Assembly: GCA_963720545.1 (NCBI GenBank)
Contig: OY970399.1
Span: 928,001 to 992,000 of the forward strand
Length of the DNA stretch: 64,000 nucleotides
Direction: 5' to 3'
Source: an uncultured Acidobacteriota bacterium
GTDB lineage: Bacteria > Acidobacteriota > Vicinamibacteria > Fen-336
Under the pieces are notes generated by a model. The model searched no databases and was not told where the DNA came from. It saw nothing but the letters and a program-made list of their open reading frames with translations. Below, piece by piece: positions 20,604-30,082 of the stretch. Made by a program: the position numbers and the translations under genes. The first letter of the stretch is position 1. Every line of letters begins with the position of its first letter.

Positions 20604-21803
20604 CTAGGAGAGACGCTCGGTAGCGACGAGGTCTTCGAAGGTTTCGCGGCGGCGGACCAGTTGCGGTCTGCCGCCGCGCACCAGCACCTCGGCGGCGCGC
20701 GGCCGCATGTTGTAGTTCGACGACATGCTGAAGCCGTAGGCGCCCGCGTCGCGCACCACCAGCAGGTCCCCCGCCTCGACCGCCTCCAGCTCGCGCTCGC
20801 GGGCGAGGAAGTCGCCGCTCTCGCAGACCGGGCCGACGATGTCGGCGACGATCGTGCCGCGCCCCCGAGGCTGCACCGGCGCGATGCGGTGGAATGCGCC
20901 GTAGAGCGCCGGGCGCAGCAGGTCGTTGATGCCGGCATCCACCACCACGAACTCGCGGCCGTGGTTCTGCTTGCGGTACAAGGTCCGCGTCAGTAGCACG
21001 CCGGCGGGACCGACGATGGAGCGCCCCGGTTCGAGCAGCACGGTGAGCGGCACCTGTCGAAGCACCGGCACGAGCGCCGCGGCCAGGTCGGCAGGCGCGG
21101 GCATGCCCGTGCCGTGGTAGTCGATGCCGAGCCCGCCGCCGACGTTGATCGTCTCGAGCGGAAAGCCGCACTTCAAAAGGTCCCGCGACAGATCGACCAC
21201 AGCCTGCGCCGCGGCCGCCATCGGCGCCACTTCCGTGATCTGCGAGCCGATGTGGCTCTGCACGCCGACGAGGCGCACGCCGACGAGCCGCGTGGCGCGC
21301 TCGAAGATGCTGACAGCATCGTCGATGTCGACGCCGAACTTGCTGTGCCGCAGCCCGGTGGAAATGAAGGGATGCGAGCGCGCGTCGATGTCGGGGTTGA
21401 CGCGCAGCGACACCCGGGCGGTGTGCCCCATCGCGGCCGCGATCGCCGCCAGCCGGCGGATCTCGTCTTCGCTCTCGGCGCAGAACTCGCCGATGCCCTC
21501 GTCCACGCCCTGCGCGAGCTCGCCGTCCTGCTTGCCGGCGCCGGCGAAGTAGATGCGCCCGGCCGGGAAGCCGGCGCGCCGCGCGGCGAGCAGCTCGTAA
21601 CCAGAGACGATGTCTGCCGAAAGCCCGGCCTCGGCCAGCATGCGCAGGATGGCGCCGTTGCTGTTGGCCTTCAGCGCGTAGCAGATGCGGTGCGGCAGCG
21701 CCGCGAACGCAACCGCGTATTGCGCCACGGCAGCGAGGATCGCCTCGGCGTCGTAGACATAGAGCGGCGTGCCGTAGGCGCGGGCGAGCGCTTCCAGGTC
21801 CAT
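20604..21803 (-). CDS. lysA: Diaminopimelate decarboxylase
   Basis: YGTPLYVYD, YALKAN (PLP Lys), HIGSQ, GGGLG, EPGRS, GPVCESGD, GAYGFSMSSNYN. Confidence 0.95.
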   Translation of the reverse strand: MDLEALARAYGTPLYVYDAEAILAAVAQYAVAFAALPHRICYALKANSNGAILRMLAEAGLSADIVSGYELLAARRAGFPAGRIYFAGAGKQDGELAQGVDEGIGEFCAESEDEIRRLAAIAAAMGHTARVSLRVNPDIDARSHPFISTGLRHSKFGVDIDDAVSIFERATRLVGVRLVGVQSHIGSQITEVAPMAAAAQAVVDLSRDLLKCGFPLETINVGGGLGIDYHGTGMPAPADLAAALVPVLRQVPLTVLLEPGRSIVGPAGVLLTRTLYRKQNHGREFVVVDAGINDLLRPALYGAFHRIAPVQPRGRGTIVADIVGPVCESGDFLARERELEAVEAGDLLVVRDAGAYGFSMSSNYNMRPRAAEVLVRGGRPQLVRRRETFEDLVATERLS

Positions 21804-21811
21804 GCTGCCCT

Positions 21812-23158
21812 CTAGCGCGGCGCGTCGCGGCGCCCGGGGCTCGCGGCCAGTGCCGCGGCCGCCACACCTGAGAGGCCGATGAGGCCGACAATGTTCGGGA
21901 ACACCTGCAGGGTGTTCATCAGGTCGCCGTAGTTCCAGACGGTCTCGACCTTGGTGGTCGCGCCGAAGAAGATCAGGCCGCAGTAGATCCAGCGATACGG
22001 CATCACCACCCAGCGGCCGAACACGTATTCGAGGAACTGCTCGCCGTAGTACGCCCAGCCGATGAGCGTCGTGTAGCCGAAGAGGAACGCGCAGATCGCG
22101 ACGATGTAGCCGCCGTAGGCGGGCATCGAGGCGTTGAACGCCGCGGCCACGGCGGCGGTGCTGGTGAGCCCCGACCGCCAGGCGCCGGTGAGCAGGATGG
22201 TGAGCGCGCTGATCGACGAGGTGACGAAGGAGATGATGAACACCTCCATCACCGCGTTCAGCCCCTGGTGCACGGGGTCGTCGGTCTTCGCGGTGCCGTA
22301 CATGACCGCCGCAGTGCCGTAGCCGGCTTCGTTCGCGTAGATGCCGCGCGCGAGGCCGTAGCGCATCGCCTGCGACATGGCGATGCCGACGGCACCGCCG
22401 CCGGCGGCGGTCGGCGTGAAGGCTTCGTGGAAGATCGACGCGAACACCGCGGGCAGCTGGCTGGCGTGGGTGACGATAACCACCAGCCCGCCGATGAGGT
22501 AGAGCCCCACCTTTAGAGGCGAGAGCCGCTCCGCGGCGCGACCGATCGACGAGATGCCGCCGATGATGACGAGCCAGGCGAGGATGGCGAGGAAGATGCC
22601 GGACGCGTAGGGCGGGATGCCGAACTCGCTCTTGAAGGCGACGGCAATCGAGTTCGGCTGCGTCATCGGCGTGGTGGTGAGCGCCGCGACCCCGGCGAGG
22701 AGCGCATAGATCCAGCCGAGCCACGGCAGCTTCATGCCGTCGCGCAGGTAGTGCATGGGCCCCGCGGACAGGCGCGCCTGGTCGGTGCGGCGGTACTTGA
22801 TGCCGAGCACCGCTTCGGTGAACTTCACCGCGGTGGCGAAGAAGCCGTAGCACCAGATCCAGAACACCGCCCCCGGGCCGCCGGAGACGACGGCTGTCGC
22901 AACGCCCGCGATGTTGCCGGTGCCGATGGTGGCGCCGAGCGCCGCCATGAAGGACTGGAACGGTGTGAGGACGCCGCCGCCCTTGGTGCCGGCAGAACGC
23001 GGCCACATGGTGAAGAAGGCGTCCTTGAAGCGGACCACCTGCACGAAGCGCAGCCGCAGCGTGAGAAAGAGCGCCGTGCCGAGGAACAGGAAGCGCGTCC
23101 ACGGACCGAAAACGAAGTCCGCGGCCTGCTGGATGAGGGTGGCGACGTCCACGGACAT
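21812..23158 (-). CDS. Alanine/glycine:cation symporter (AGCS family)
   Basis: ATIGTGNIAGVA..GGPGAVFWIW, GPMHY, RGIYANEAGYG, TTLIGWAYYGE. Confidence 0.92.
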   Translation of the reverse strand: MSVDVATLIQQAADFVFGPWTRFLFLGTALFLTLRLRFVQVVRFKDAFFTMWPRSAGTKGGGVLTPFQSFMAALGATIGTGNIAGVATAVVSGGPGAVFWIWCYGFFATAVKFTEAVLGIKYRRTDQARLSAGPMHYLRDGMKLPWLGWIYALLAGVAALTTTPMTQPNSIAVAFKSEFGIPPYASGIFLAILAWLVIIGGISSIGRAAERLSPLKVGLYLIGGLVVIVTHASQLPAVFASIFHEAFTPTAAGGGAVGIAMSQAMRYGLARGIYANEAGYGTAAVMYGTAKTDDPVHQGLNAVMEVFIISFVTSSISALTILLTGAWRSGLTSTAAVAAAFNASMPAYGGYIVAICAFLFGYTTLIGWAYYGEQFLEYVFGRWVVMPYRWIYCGLIFFGATTKVETVWNYGDLMNTLQVFPNIVGLIGLSGVAAAALAASPGRRDAPR

Positions 23159-23191
23159 TGGACGCGATGTTAGCGGAGAATAGCGGCGGCC

Positions 23192-23797
23192 ATGCGCGAG
23201 GTGATCACCGCGGAAGACGTCCGCCTGGTAGCGCCGGGCGGCGAGATCGTCGTGGCGCCAGGCGCGCTGGTGACGCCCTGGGCCATCGAGATCGCGCAGT
23301 CGCGCGGCGTGCGCATCGTCCACGGCACGATCGCGGCCAAGGCCGCGGCGATCGCGATCGGCGCCGACCACGGCGGCTACGCGCTGAAGGAAGAGCTGAA
23401 GGGCTGGCTCGCGCGCTGCGGCTACCGCTTCCACGACCTCGGCACCCACAGCAAGGATCCGGTCGACTACCCGGACATCGCGCACGCCGTCGCGAACGCG
23501 GTGCGGCAAGGCGACGCGCGCTTCGGCATCCTGGTGGACGGCGCCGGCATCGGCTCGGCGATGGCCGCGAACAAGGTGCCCGGAGTCCGCGCCGCTCTCT
23601 GCCGCGACGCCGCCGCCGCGCGTAACGCCCGCGAGCACAACGACGCCAATGTGGTGACGCTGGGCGCCGGCTGGGCCGACGTCGCCGCGGCCCAGCAGAT
23701 CCTCGAGGTGTTCCTGAACGCCCAGTGCACGGAGGAGCGCCACCTGCGCCGGGTGCGCAAGATCGACGCTCTCGACGAGAATTACAAGGGCCAATGA
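23192..23797 (+). CDS. rpiB: Ribose-5-phosphate isomerase B with an extra N-terminal domain
   Basis: [40 protein letters not shown]; about 45-aa N-terminal extension. Confidence 0.88.
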   Translation: MREVITAEDVRLVAPGGEIVVAPGALVTPWAIEIAQSRGVRIVHGTIAAKAAAIAIGADHGGYALKEELKGWLARCGYRFHDLGTHSKDPVDYPDIAHAVANAVRQGDARFGILVDGAGIGSAMAANKVPGVRAALCRDAAAARNAREHNDANVVTLGAGWADVAAAQQILEVFLNAQCTEERHLRRVRKIDALDENYKGQ

Positions 23798-24678
23798 CCG
23801 ATCCCCGCCTGGTCGAGACGATCGTCCGCGCCGTTCTTGCGCAGCTTGGCGCGAAGGAAGACGCGGCACCGTGCGCGTGCCATGGGGCGCTGCGCGGCTG
23901 CTGCCCCGACCGCATGGACCGCCTGGTCGGCCACGGTGCCGAGCGCTTCGGCCTGCAGGCGGGCGGCACCGTCTATCCGCCGCAGATCGCGCGGCTCATC
24001 GACCACACGCTGCTGAAGCCGGACGCCAGCCGCGAGCAGCTCGAGACCTTGTGCCGCGAGGCGCGCGAGCACGGCTTCGCGACCGTCTGCGTCAACCCCG
24101 CGTGGGTGGGCCTGTGCGCGGCCCTGCTGCAAGGCTGTGAAACGCGCGTCTGCACCGTGGTCGGCTTTCCGCTCGGCGCGACGCTGCCGGAAGTGAAGGC
24201 GTTCGAGACCGAGCGAGTCATCGCCGCGGGTGCCTGCGAGGTCGACATGGTGATGAATGTCGGCGCGCTGAAGTCGGGCGACTACCGCCTGGTGGAGCGC
24301 GACATGGCGGGTGTGGTCACGCCCTGCCGGCGTGCCGGTGTCGTTTCCAAGGTCATCATTGAAACAGCGCTCCTCAGCGACGACGAGAAGGTGCGCGCCT
24401 GCGTGCTCGCCAAGGCGGCCGGCGCCGACTTCGTCAAGACCTCGACCGGCTTCGCCTCCGGTGGCGCGACCGCCGAAGACGTCGCGCTGATGCGGCGCGT
24501 GGTCGGCCCCGCGATGGGCGTGAAGGCGGCCGGCGGCGTGCGCGACCTGAAGTCGGCGCAGGCGATGATCGACGCCGGCGCCGACCGTATCGGCGCGAGC
24601 GTCGGCGTGAAGATCGTCCAGGAGAGCCGCGGCCTGGCGTCTGCCGCCGCGGCGGGCGAACCGGCCAAGGGCTACTAG
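23794..24678 (+). CDS. deoC: Deoxyribose-phosphate aldolase with an N-terminal extension
   Basis: [51 protein letters not shown] overlap with rpiB. Confidence 0.93.
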   Translation: MTDPRLVETIVRAVLAQLGAKEDAAPCACHGALRGCCPDRMDRLVGHGAERFGLQAGGTVYPPQIARLIDHTLLKPDASREQLETLCREAREHGFATVCVNPAWVGLCAALLQGCETRVCTVVGFPLGATLPEVKAFETERVIAAGACEVDMVMNVGALKSGDYRLVERDMAGVVTPCRRAGVVSKVIIETALLSDDEKVRACVLAKAAGADFVKTSTGFASGGATAEDVALMRRVVGPAMGVKAAGGVRDLKSAQAMIDAGADRIGASVGVKIVQESRGLASAAAAGEPAKGY

Positions 24679-24686
24679 GCAGCCGG

Positions 24687-25958
24687 TTGGCGGCAGTCGA
24701 CGTCGGGCCGATCCCCACGGCGGAGCAGAACCAGTCCGCCACCGACCTCTTCTTCATCGTCGCCGGCGCCAACATCGTGGCGACGACGCTCGTCACCGGC
24801 GCGGCACTCGCGGGGCGGCTGGCACCGGGCCGCGCGCTGGGGCTCATCGCCCTCGGGGCCGTGGCAGGGACGCTGCTGGTGGCGGCGCTGGTGCCGGTCG
24901 GCTCACGGTACGGCGTGCCGTCGATCATCGCCGCGCGCGCCGCGCTGGGACGCGACGGCGCCTCGGTGCTGGCGGTCGGCGTGTACCTCACCAACTTCGC
25001 GTGGATCGCGGTCAACAACGTGATCGCCGCGTCCGTCTGCGCCGCGGCCATGCCGGGCGGGCCGTCGAGACGTGTGTTTGCCGTGATCCTCGGGCTGCTG
25101 GCCACCGCGATCGTGGCCGCAGGCCCGCGCCTCGTCGCGCGCGCCGACCGGCTGGCCGTGCCGCTGATGCTGCTGGTCGGCGTCCTCATGACATGGGCGG
25201 CTGTGCGCCTGCCCCACCTGCCGCCGGAAGCGCTGCCGCTGCCGGGCGGCGTCCTGCCCATTGTCGCTGGCCTAGACATCGTGATCGCCTACCAGGTGTC
25301 GTGGCTGTTCTTCTTCGCCGACTACCCGCGCTTCACGCGCAGCCCGAAAAAGGCCCAGGCCGCCGTCTTCCTGGGGCTCGCGCTCACCAGCGCCTGGTTC
25401 ATGTCGCTCGGATACCTCTCGGCGCGCGCGGCGGGCAGCACCGACCCGGGCGCGATGATGGCGGCGCTCGGCCTGATGGGCCCCGGCGCGCTGCTGCTGG
25501 CGCTCGCCACCATCGCCAGCAACTTCGTCAACATCTACATGTCGGCGCTCGCCTGGAAGAGCCTGTTCCCGCGAACCCGCGACGCGGCGTCGGTCTGGGC
25601 GATCGGCGGCATCGGCGCCGCGCTGAGCCTGCTCGACCAGGGCTGGCTCGCCCGCTACGGCGCCTTCATGGCGATTCTCGGCGGCTTGTTCGTGCCGGTG
25701 GCCGGGATCCTGTTCGCGCGCTTCTTCCTGCTGCGCCGGCCGGTCGTGGTCGAGGCGCTCTACGCCAAAACCGGCAGCGGCTCCAGATACGATCGCCCGG
25801 CGCTCGCGGCATGGGTGGTGGGCGCCGCGGTTTACTTGTTCTTTTCCTTCGCCTTCACGGCGGCGCCGATCGGCGGCACGCTGCCGTGCCTCGCCACCGC
25901 GGTGGTTTGCTACCTGCTCTTAACGCGCGCCGAGGCCCAGCGGCGGCTCGCCGCCTGA
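24687..25958 (+). CDS. NCS1-family (purine/cytosine/nucleoside) permease
   Basis: About 12 TM segments; GSRYGVPSII..RAALG, SW...ADYPRF, SNFVNIY; TTG start. Confidence 0.78.
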   Translation: MAAVDVGPIPTAEQNQSATDLFFIVAGANIVATTLVTGAALAGRLAPGRALGLIALGAVAGTLLVAALVPVGSRYGVPSIIAARAALGRDGASVLAVGVYLTNFAWIAVNNVIAASVCAAAMPGGPSRRVFAVILGLLATAIVAAGPRLVARADRLAVPLMLLVGVLMTWAAVRLPHLPPEALPLPGGVLPIVAGLDIVIAYQVSWLFFFADYPRFTRSPKKAQAAVFLGLALTSAWFMSLGYLSARAAGSTDPGAMMAALGLMGPGALLLALATIASNFVNIYMSALAWKSLFPRTRDAASVWAIGGIGAALSLLDQGWLARYGAFMAILGGLFVPVAGILFARFFLLRRPVVVEALYAKTGSGSRYDRPALAAWVVGAAVYLFFSFAFTAAPIGGTLPCLATAVVCYLLLTRAEAQRRLAA

Positions 25959-26516
25959 AACCCGCTTGAGGTAGGAATCGCACACGTCCTTGGAGTCGAG
26001 CCCGAGGACGCGGCAATAGGCCTGCAGGTAGCCCTTGAGATAGAGCGCCGCGGGGAACGCGCTGTAACGGTCGGTCTCGATGCTCTCGAGGTAATGGGTG
26101 CGGATCTTGGTTTCGCGGGCGATCTGCTCCAGCGAGACCCCGCGCGCCGTGCGGTAGGCGCGCAGCACCTTGCCGCTGAACGGACCCACTGGCGGCGGCA
26201 CCGTGGTGTTCTTCGGGATCGGCGCGACCACGGGGGGATGCTGCACCACCTCGCGGTCCTTGCCGCGGCGGTCGGTGCCGTTCATCTTGCGGGCGCGATC
26301 GTAGGCGCGGCGCAGCGTCGGATCGCGCAGCACCTTGTACGCCTCCTCGATGCTTTCGCGCTGCGCGGCGAGTTCGTCCGGTTTTCCGCCCAGCTGCGCC
26401 CCGAGCGCGGGATCGGCGTAGATTCCCTTCACGAACAGGTAAGCGCGTTCTATCTGGGCGACGGGGGCATCCGGCTCGAGGCCGAGAATTTCGTAGTGCC
26501 CCTTGTTGGAATCCAA
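25920..26516 (-). CDS. DnaJ-like domain + HTH (RodZ/HTH_25-like) protein
   Basis: HYEILGL...IEEAYKVLRDP..RRAYD (J-like, no HPD); C-terminal RTARGVSLEQIARETKIR..YL..IE...YLKGYL..Y..LGLD. TTG 26516 follows GGAGGAG; alternative ATG 26549. Confidence 0.8.
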   Translation of the reverse strand: MDSNKGHYEILGLEPDAPVAQIERAYLFVKGIYADPALGAQLGGKPDELAAQRESIEEAYKVLRDPTLRRAYDRARKMNGTDRRGKDREVVQHPPVVAPIPKNTTVPPPVGPFSGKVLRAYRTARGVSLEQIARETKIRTHYLESIETDRYSAFPAALYLKGYLQAYCRVLGLDSKDVCDSYLKRVSGGEPPLGLGAR

Positions 26517-26583
26517 GGCTTCGCTCCTCCGGATCCTGTTGACCGCCATGAGGATAGCCCACGCGGGCGCCCCCCGGCAACAC

Positions 26584-29500
26584 CTAGTCCGACGCCGGTT
26601 CCAAAGACCTGGCGGCGCTGAATGAGGCAAACAACCCCGCGATCGACTCCGGGTCGAGGGGCCGGTGCAGGACCGAGCGGAAGGATGCCGGGTCGCTGAT
26701 CGTCTCCTGCTCGCCCAGCAGCACCACCAGGGGGATTTCGGCCGTGTTTGGCGAGAGCTGCAGGCGGTCGGCGACGTCGCCGGCGCCAAGCGGCGGCAGC
26801 AGCCGGTCGATGAACACGGCGGCCGGCGCCAGGCGCCGCACCGCCTCGACCACGTCCACACCGTCGGCTTCCTCGCGCACCCCGAAGCCGCCGTCGGCGG
26901 CGGCCTTGCGGATGAGCCGGCGTGCCGCGGCATCGGCGGTCGCCACCACAACCACCGGCCCGCGCGCCTGCGCGGCAGCGCCGTAGACCGGGATCGCGAA
27001 AGAAAACGTCGAGCCCTTGCCCACCTCGCTCGCCACCGCCACCGCGCCGCCGTGCGCCTTGACGATGCGCTGGCAGATGGTCAGGCCGAGGCCGGCGCCC
27101 TTCACGGCGATGAGTTCGCGGTGGCGCAGCCGGACGAACGGGCGGAACACGCTGGCAAGGTCGTCCTGGGGGATGCCCACGCCGGTGTCGCGCACCCTGA
27201 AGACTGCTTCCTCATTGTCGATGTCGATCGCGAGCTCGAGCGTGACGGTGCCGCCGGCCGGCGTGTACTTGAACGCGTTCGAGAGCAGGTTCTCGACCAC
27301 CTCCGCGAGCCGGTCGCGGTCGCCCCATACCGGAACCGGGTCGTCGCTGAGCTCGGTGACGAGTGCCCTCTGCGGATCCTCCGGCCAGCGCGACAGGACG
27401 CTGCGCACCACGGCGCCGAGGTCCACGATATCGAAGTGGAACGGGAATTGTCCCGAATCGAGGCGCGTGCTCTTCAGCGTCTTCTCGACCAGGTTCGCGA
27501 GATACGAGACGCCGCCGATGATGGCGCGCGCGTTGCGCACCCGCTCCTCGGCGGGGGCGTCGTGGCGCTCCTCGAGCAGCTCGGCAAAGCCCAGCACCCC
27601 CGCGAGCGGCGAGCGGAAGTCGTGCGCCACCAGGTTCACGACCTCGGTCTTGAGGCGGTCGGCGTCGAGCAGCTTCTCGTTGGTGCGGCGCAGGTCCTCG
27701 TAGAGGGTCGCGTTTCTCAGGATGATGCCGATCGAGTCGGCGAGCGTCTCGAGCGCCAGCAGCTGGCCGCGGTCGAACGCCCAGCGCTGGTCGCTCTCCA
27801 CCGTGATGACGGCCGCAACCTCGTCGCCGGCGCGCACCGGCACCGCCACCATCGAGCGCGTGAAGCCGAAGAGGGGCAGTGCATTGGGCGCCTGCGCCAG
27901 GTCCTCGATGCGCACGGTGCGCGCCTCGGCCACCGCCTGGCCGACGGCACCGTCGCCCACCGCGCGGTCGCGCCGCCGGTCGTTCACCAGGCCGGCGTTC
28001 TCGGCGTCCATCGCGGCCACGCGGCACACCTGCGCCGCCTGGTCCACCCAGTAGATGGTGACCGCCGGGAAGCCGAACGACTCGCGGATGCGCAGCGACG
28101 CCGTCTTCAGGATGTGGTCGCGCGACTGGCTGCCCGAGATCTCGCGCACCAGGTTGTTGACGAGCGCCAGCTGTTCGCTGCGGTCCTTCTCGAGCGCGAA
28201 CGCGAGCGAGTTGGCGACCGCGATCGACAGCTGCGAGGCGAAGTGCGTGAGGTACTCGAGGTCGCCCTTCTCGAACGGCCGCGCGCCCGGGATGCGGCTG
28301 GCGTTCAGCACGCCGAAAAGGGTCATGGCCTGCCGGTCGGGATCCCAGTGCGTGAGCGGCACGCAGATGATGCGCGACACCGGGTTGGCGCGCACCACGA
28401 ACTCGGGCAGCGCGGCGGGGTCGTTCGCCATCAGCGGGATGGCGTCGCGCGCCACCAGTCCGGCGACCCCCTCGCCGAGGCGGAACGCTGGCGGGTTGGC
28501 CGAGGCGTAGCTGCCTTCGGGGATCCACGGCGTGAACAGCCGCAGCCTTTTCTCGTTGTCGTCCCAGCGCAGGATCGAGGCGTGGTCGGCTTCGACCAGG
28601 CGGCCGGCTTCCTCGGTGGCCTTGAAGAGCAGCTGGCGCAGGTCGCGCACCGATGCGGTCTCGAGCCCTAGGTCGTAGAGGTTCGCCATGCGCCGCGCCA
28701 GCGCCTCGGTCTCGTCGATGCTCTCGGCCTTCTGCAGCGCCGCCGACAGCTGGCCGGCGAGCGTCGAGAGCAGGCTGACTTCCTCGTCCTCGAACGGCCC
28801 CTCCTCGGCGCGCACCACGTGCAGCACGCCCAGCGGCCGCGCGCCCACCACCGGCAGCGCCAGCGCGTAGGCGCCGCTCGGGTCGTCGAGGCGCAGCGGC
28901 GCGCTCGACTTCAGCGCCCAGCGCAGCGGTTCGGCGTAGAACGGCGCAGCGTCGGGCGGCTCGCACGCCTCGCGCTTCAGCTTGTCGTCGCCGGCGGCGA
29001 AGAAGGCGACGCGCGCATAGCCGAAGTCGCGCTGCACGCGCGACACCAGCAGGTCCTGGAGCGCCTGGCGGCCAGTGGTGCCGGCGAGCGCGCCGGCGAT
29101 GTCGGAAAGCCGCGCGAGCCGCGAGGAGTAGCGCTCCTGGCGCTTGTAGATGGCGCGGCTTTGCAGGAAGGTCGCCGCCGGCCCGGCGAAGATCGAGAAC
29201 AGGCGCGCGTCGCCGTCGTCGAAGCCGCCCGGCTTGTCGGCCGCCACCAGCAGGCCGATCACCTGGCCCGCCGAGAGCAGCGGCGCGACCAGGATCGACT
29301 CGAGGTCCATCTTCTCGACCACCTCGCGGAACAGGTGGCTCTCGGTGCGCGCGGCGTTGCTGACGAACGAACGGCCGGTCTCGAGCAGCGTCATGCCGCG
29401 CTGGCCGGGCTGGATGACGAACGACAAGCCGCGCACGCGCGCGTCGTCGATGCCGTGCACCGGCACCGCCGGGTCCATCGTCTGGCGGATCGGGTCGTAG

Positions 29501-30063
29501 TGCGCGATGCCGACCACCGGCGCGCCGATCAGCGCCGCGAGGCGGCCGGTGACCATGCGGTGGAATTCCTCCGGCTCGGCGATCAGCGACCAGTCGCGGC
29601 CGATGCCGTGCAGCGCCGCCAGGTCGCGAGCGCGGCTCTGCGCCGACATGCGGTGGCGCACGGTCTCGTCGTGCATCGCCTTGAAGCGCAGGAAGGCGCG
29701 CACCTTGAGGATGAGGAGCGGGGTGTCGACCGGCTTGTGGAGGAAGTCGTCGGTGCCGGCCTCGTAGCCCTGGCGCAACGCGGTCGCGTCGCCGAGCGCC
29801 GTGAGCATGATGATCGGCAGCGCCGCGCCGTGCTTGCGGCGCACCGCGCGGCAGGTCTCGAAGCCGTTCATCCCCGGCAGGTTGATGTCGAGGATGATGA
29901 GGTCGTGGCGCGCCTCGTCGAGGATGCGCAGCGCCTCCTCGCCCGAGCCGACGCTCTGCGCGCGGTAGCCGTGGACCGCCAGCAGCTCGATGAGGGTGGA
30001 CGCCACCATCGGCTCGTCGTCGACGACCAGGATCGGCTGCGGCGCTGCGTCGGCTGAAGCCAT
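26584..30063 (-). CDS. Hybrid sensor histidine kinase (REC - 4xGAF - HisKA - HATPase - degenerate REC), cytoplasmic
   Basis: VVDDE/LDINLP/HKP receiver; repeated GAF motifs; AHDFRSPL; NLLSNAFKYT, DTGVGI, GLGL; no TM segments. Confidence 0.9.
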   Translation of the reverse strand: MASADAAPQPILVVDDEPMVASTLIELLAVHGYRAQSVGSGEEALRILDEARHDLIILDINLPGMNGFETCRAVRRKHGAALPIIMLTALGDATALRQGYEAGTDDFLHKPVDTPLLILKVRAFLRFKAMHDETVRHRMSAQSRARDLAALHGIGRDWSLIAEPEEFHRMVTGRLAALIGAPVVGIAHYDPIRQTMDPAVPVHGIDDARVRGLSFVIQPGQRGMTLLETGRSFVSNAARTESHLFREVVEKMDLESILVAPLLSAGQVIGLLVAADKPGGFDDGDARLFSIFAGPAATFLQSRAIYKRQERYSSRLARLSDIAGALAGTTGRQALQDLLVSRVQRDFGYARVAFFAAGDDKLKREACEPPDAAPFYAEPLRWALKSSAPLRLDDPSGAYALALPVVGARPLGVLHVVRAEEGPFEDEEVSLLSTLAGQLSAALQKAESIDETEALARRMANLYDLGLETASVRDLRQLLFKATEEAGRLVEADHASILRWDDNEKRLRLFTPWIPEGSYASANPPAFRLGEGVAGLVARDAIPLMANDPAALPEFVVRANPVSRIICVPLTHWDPDRQAMTLFGVLNASRIPGARPFEKGDLEYLTHFASQLSIAVANSLAFALEKDRSEQLALVNNLVREISGSQSRDHILKTASLRIRESFGFPAVTIYWVDQAAQVCRVAAMDAENAGLVNDRRRDRAVGDGAVGQAVAEARTVRIEDLAQAPNALPLFGFTRSMVAVPVRAGDEVAAVITVESDQRWAFDRGQLLALETLADSIGIILRNATLYEDLRRTNEKLLDADRLKTEVVNLVAHDFRSPLAGVLGFAELLEERHDAPAEERVRNARAIIGGVSYLANLVEKTLKSTRLDSGQFPFHFDIVDLGAVVRSVLSRWPEDPQRALVTELSDDPVPVWGDRDRLAEVVENLLSNAFKYTPAGGTVTLELAIDIDNEEAVFRVRDTGVGIPQDDLASVFRPFVRLRHRELIAVKGAGLGLTICQRIVKAHGGAVAVASEVGKGSTFSFAIPVYGAAAQARGPVVVVATADAAARRLIRKAAADGGFGVREEADGVDVVEAVRRLAPAAVFIDRLLPPLGAGDVADRLQLSPNTAEIPLVVLLGEQETISDPASFRSVLHRPLDPESIAGLFASFSAARSLEPASD

Positions 30064-30082
30064 CAGGCTTCCCGCCCCCTGG

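Noticed and set aside
20604..23102. Extended ORFs for lysA (832 aa), and likewise GH13 (1067 aa), MFS (716 aa) and Rieske oxygenase (666 aa)
   Set aside because: The upstream extensions overlap neighbouring real genes in other frames or on the other strand; starts were trimmed to motif-supported positions.
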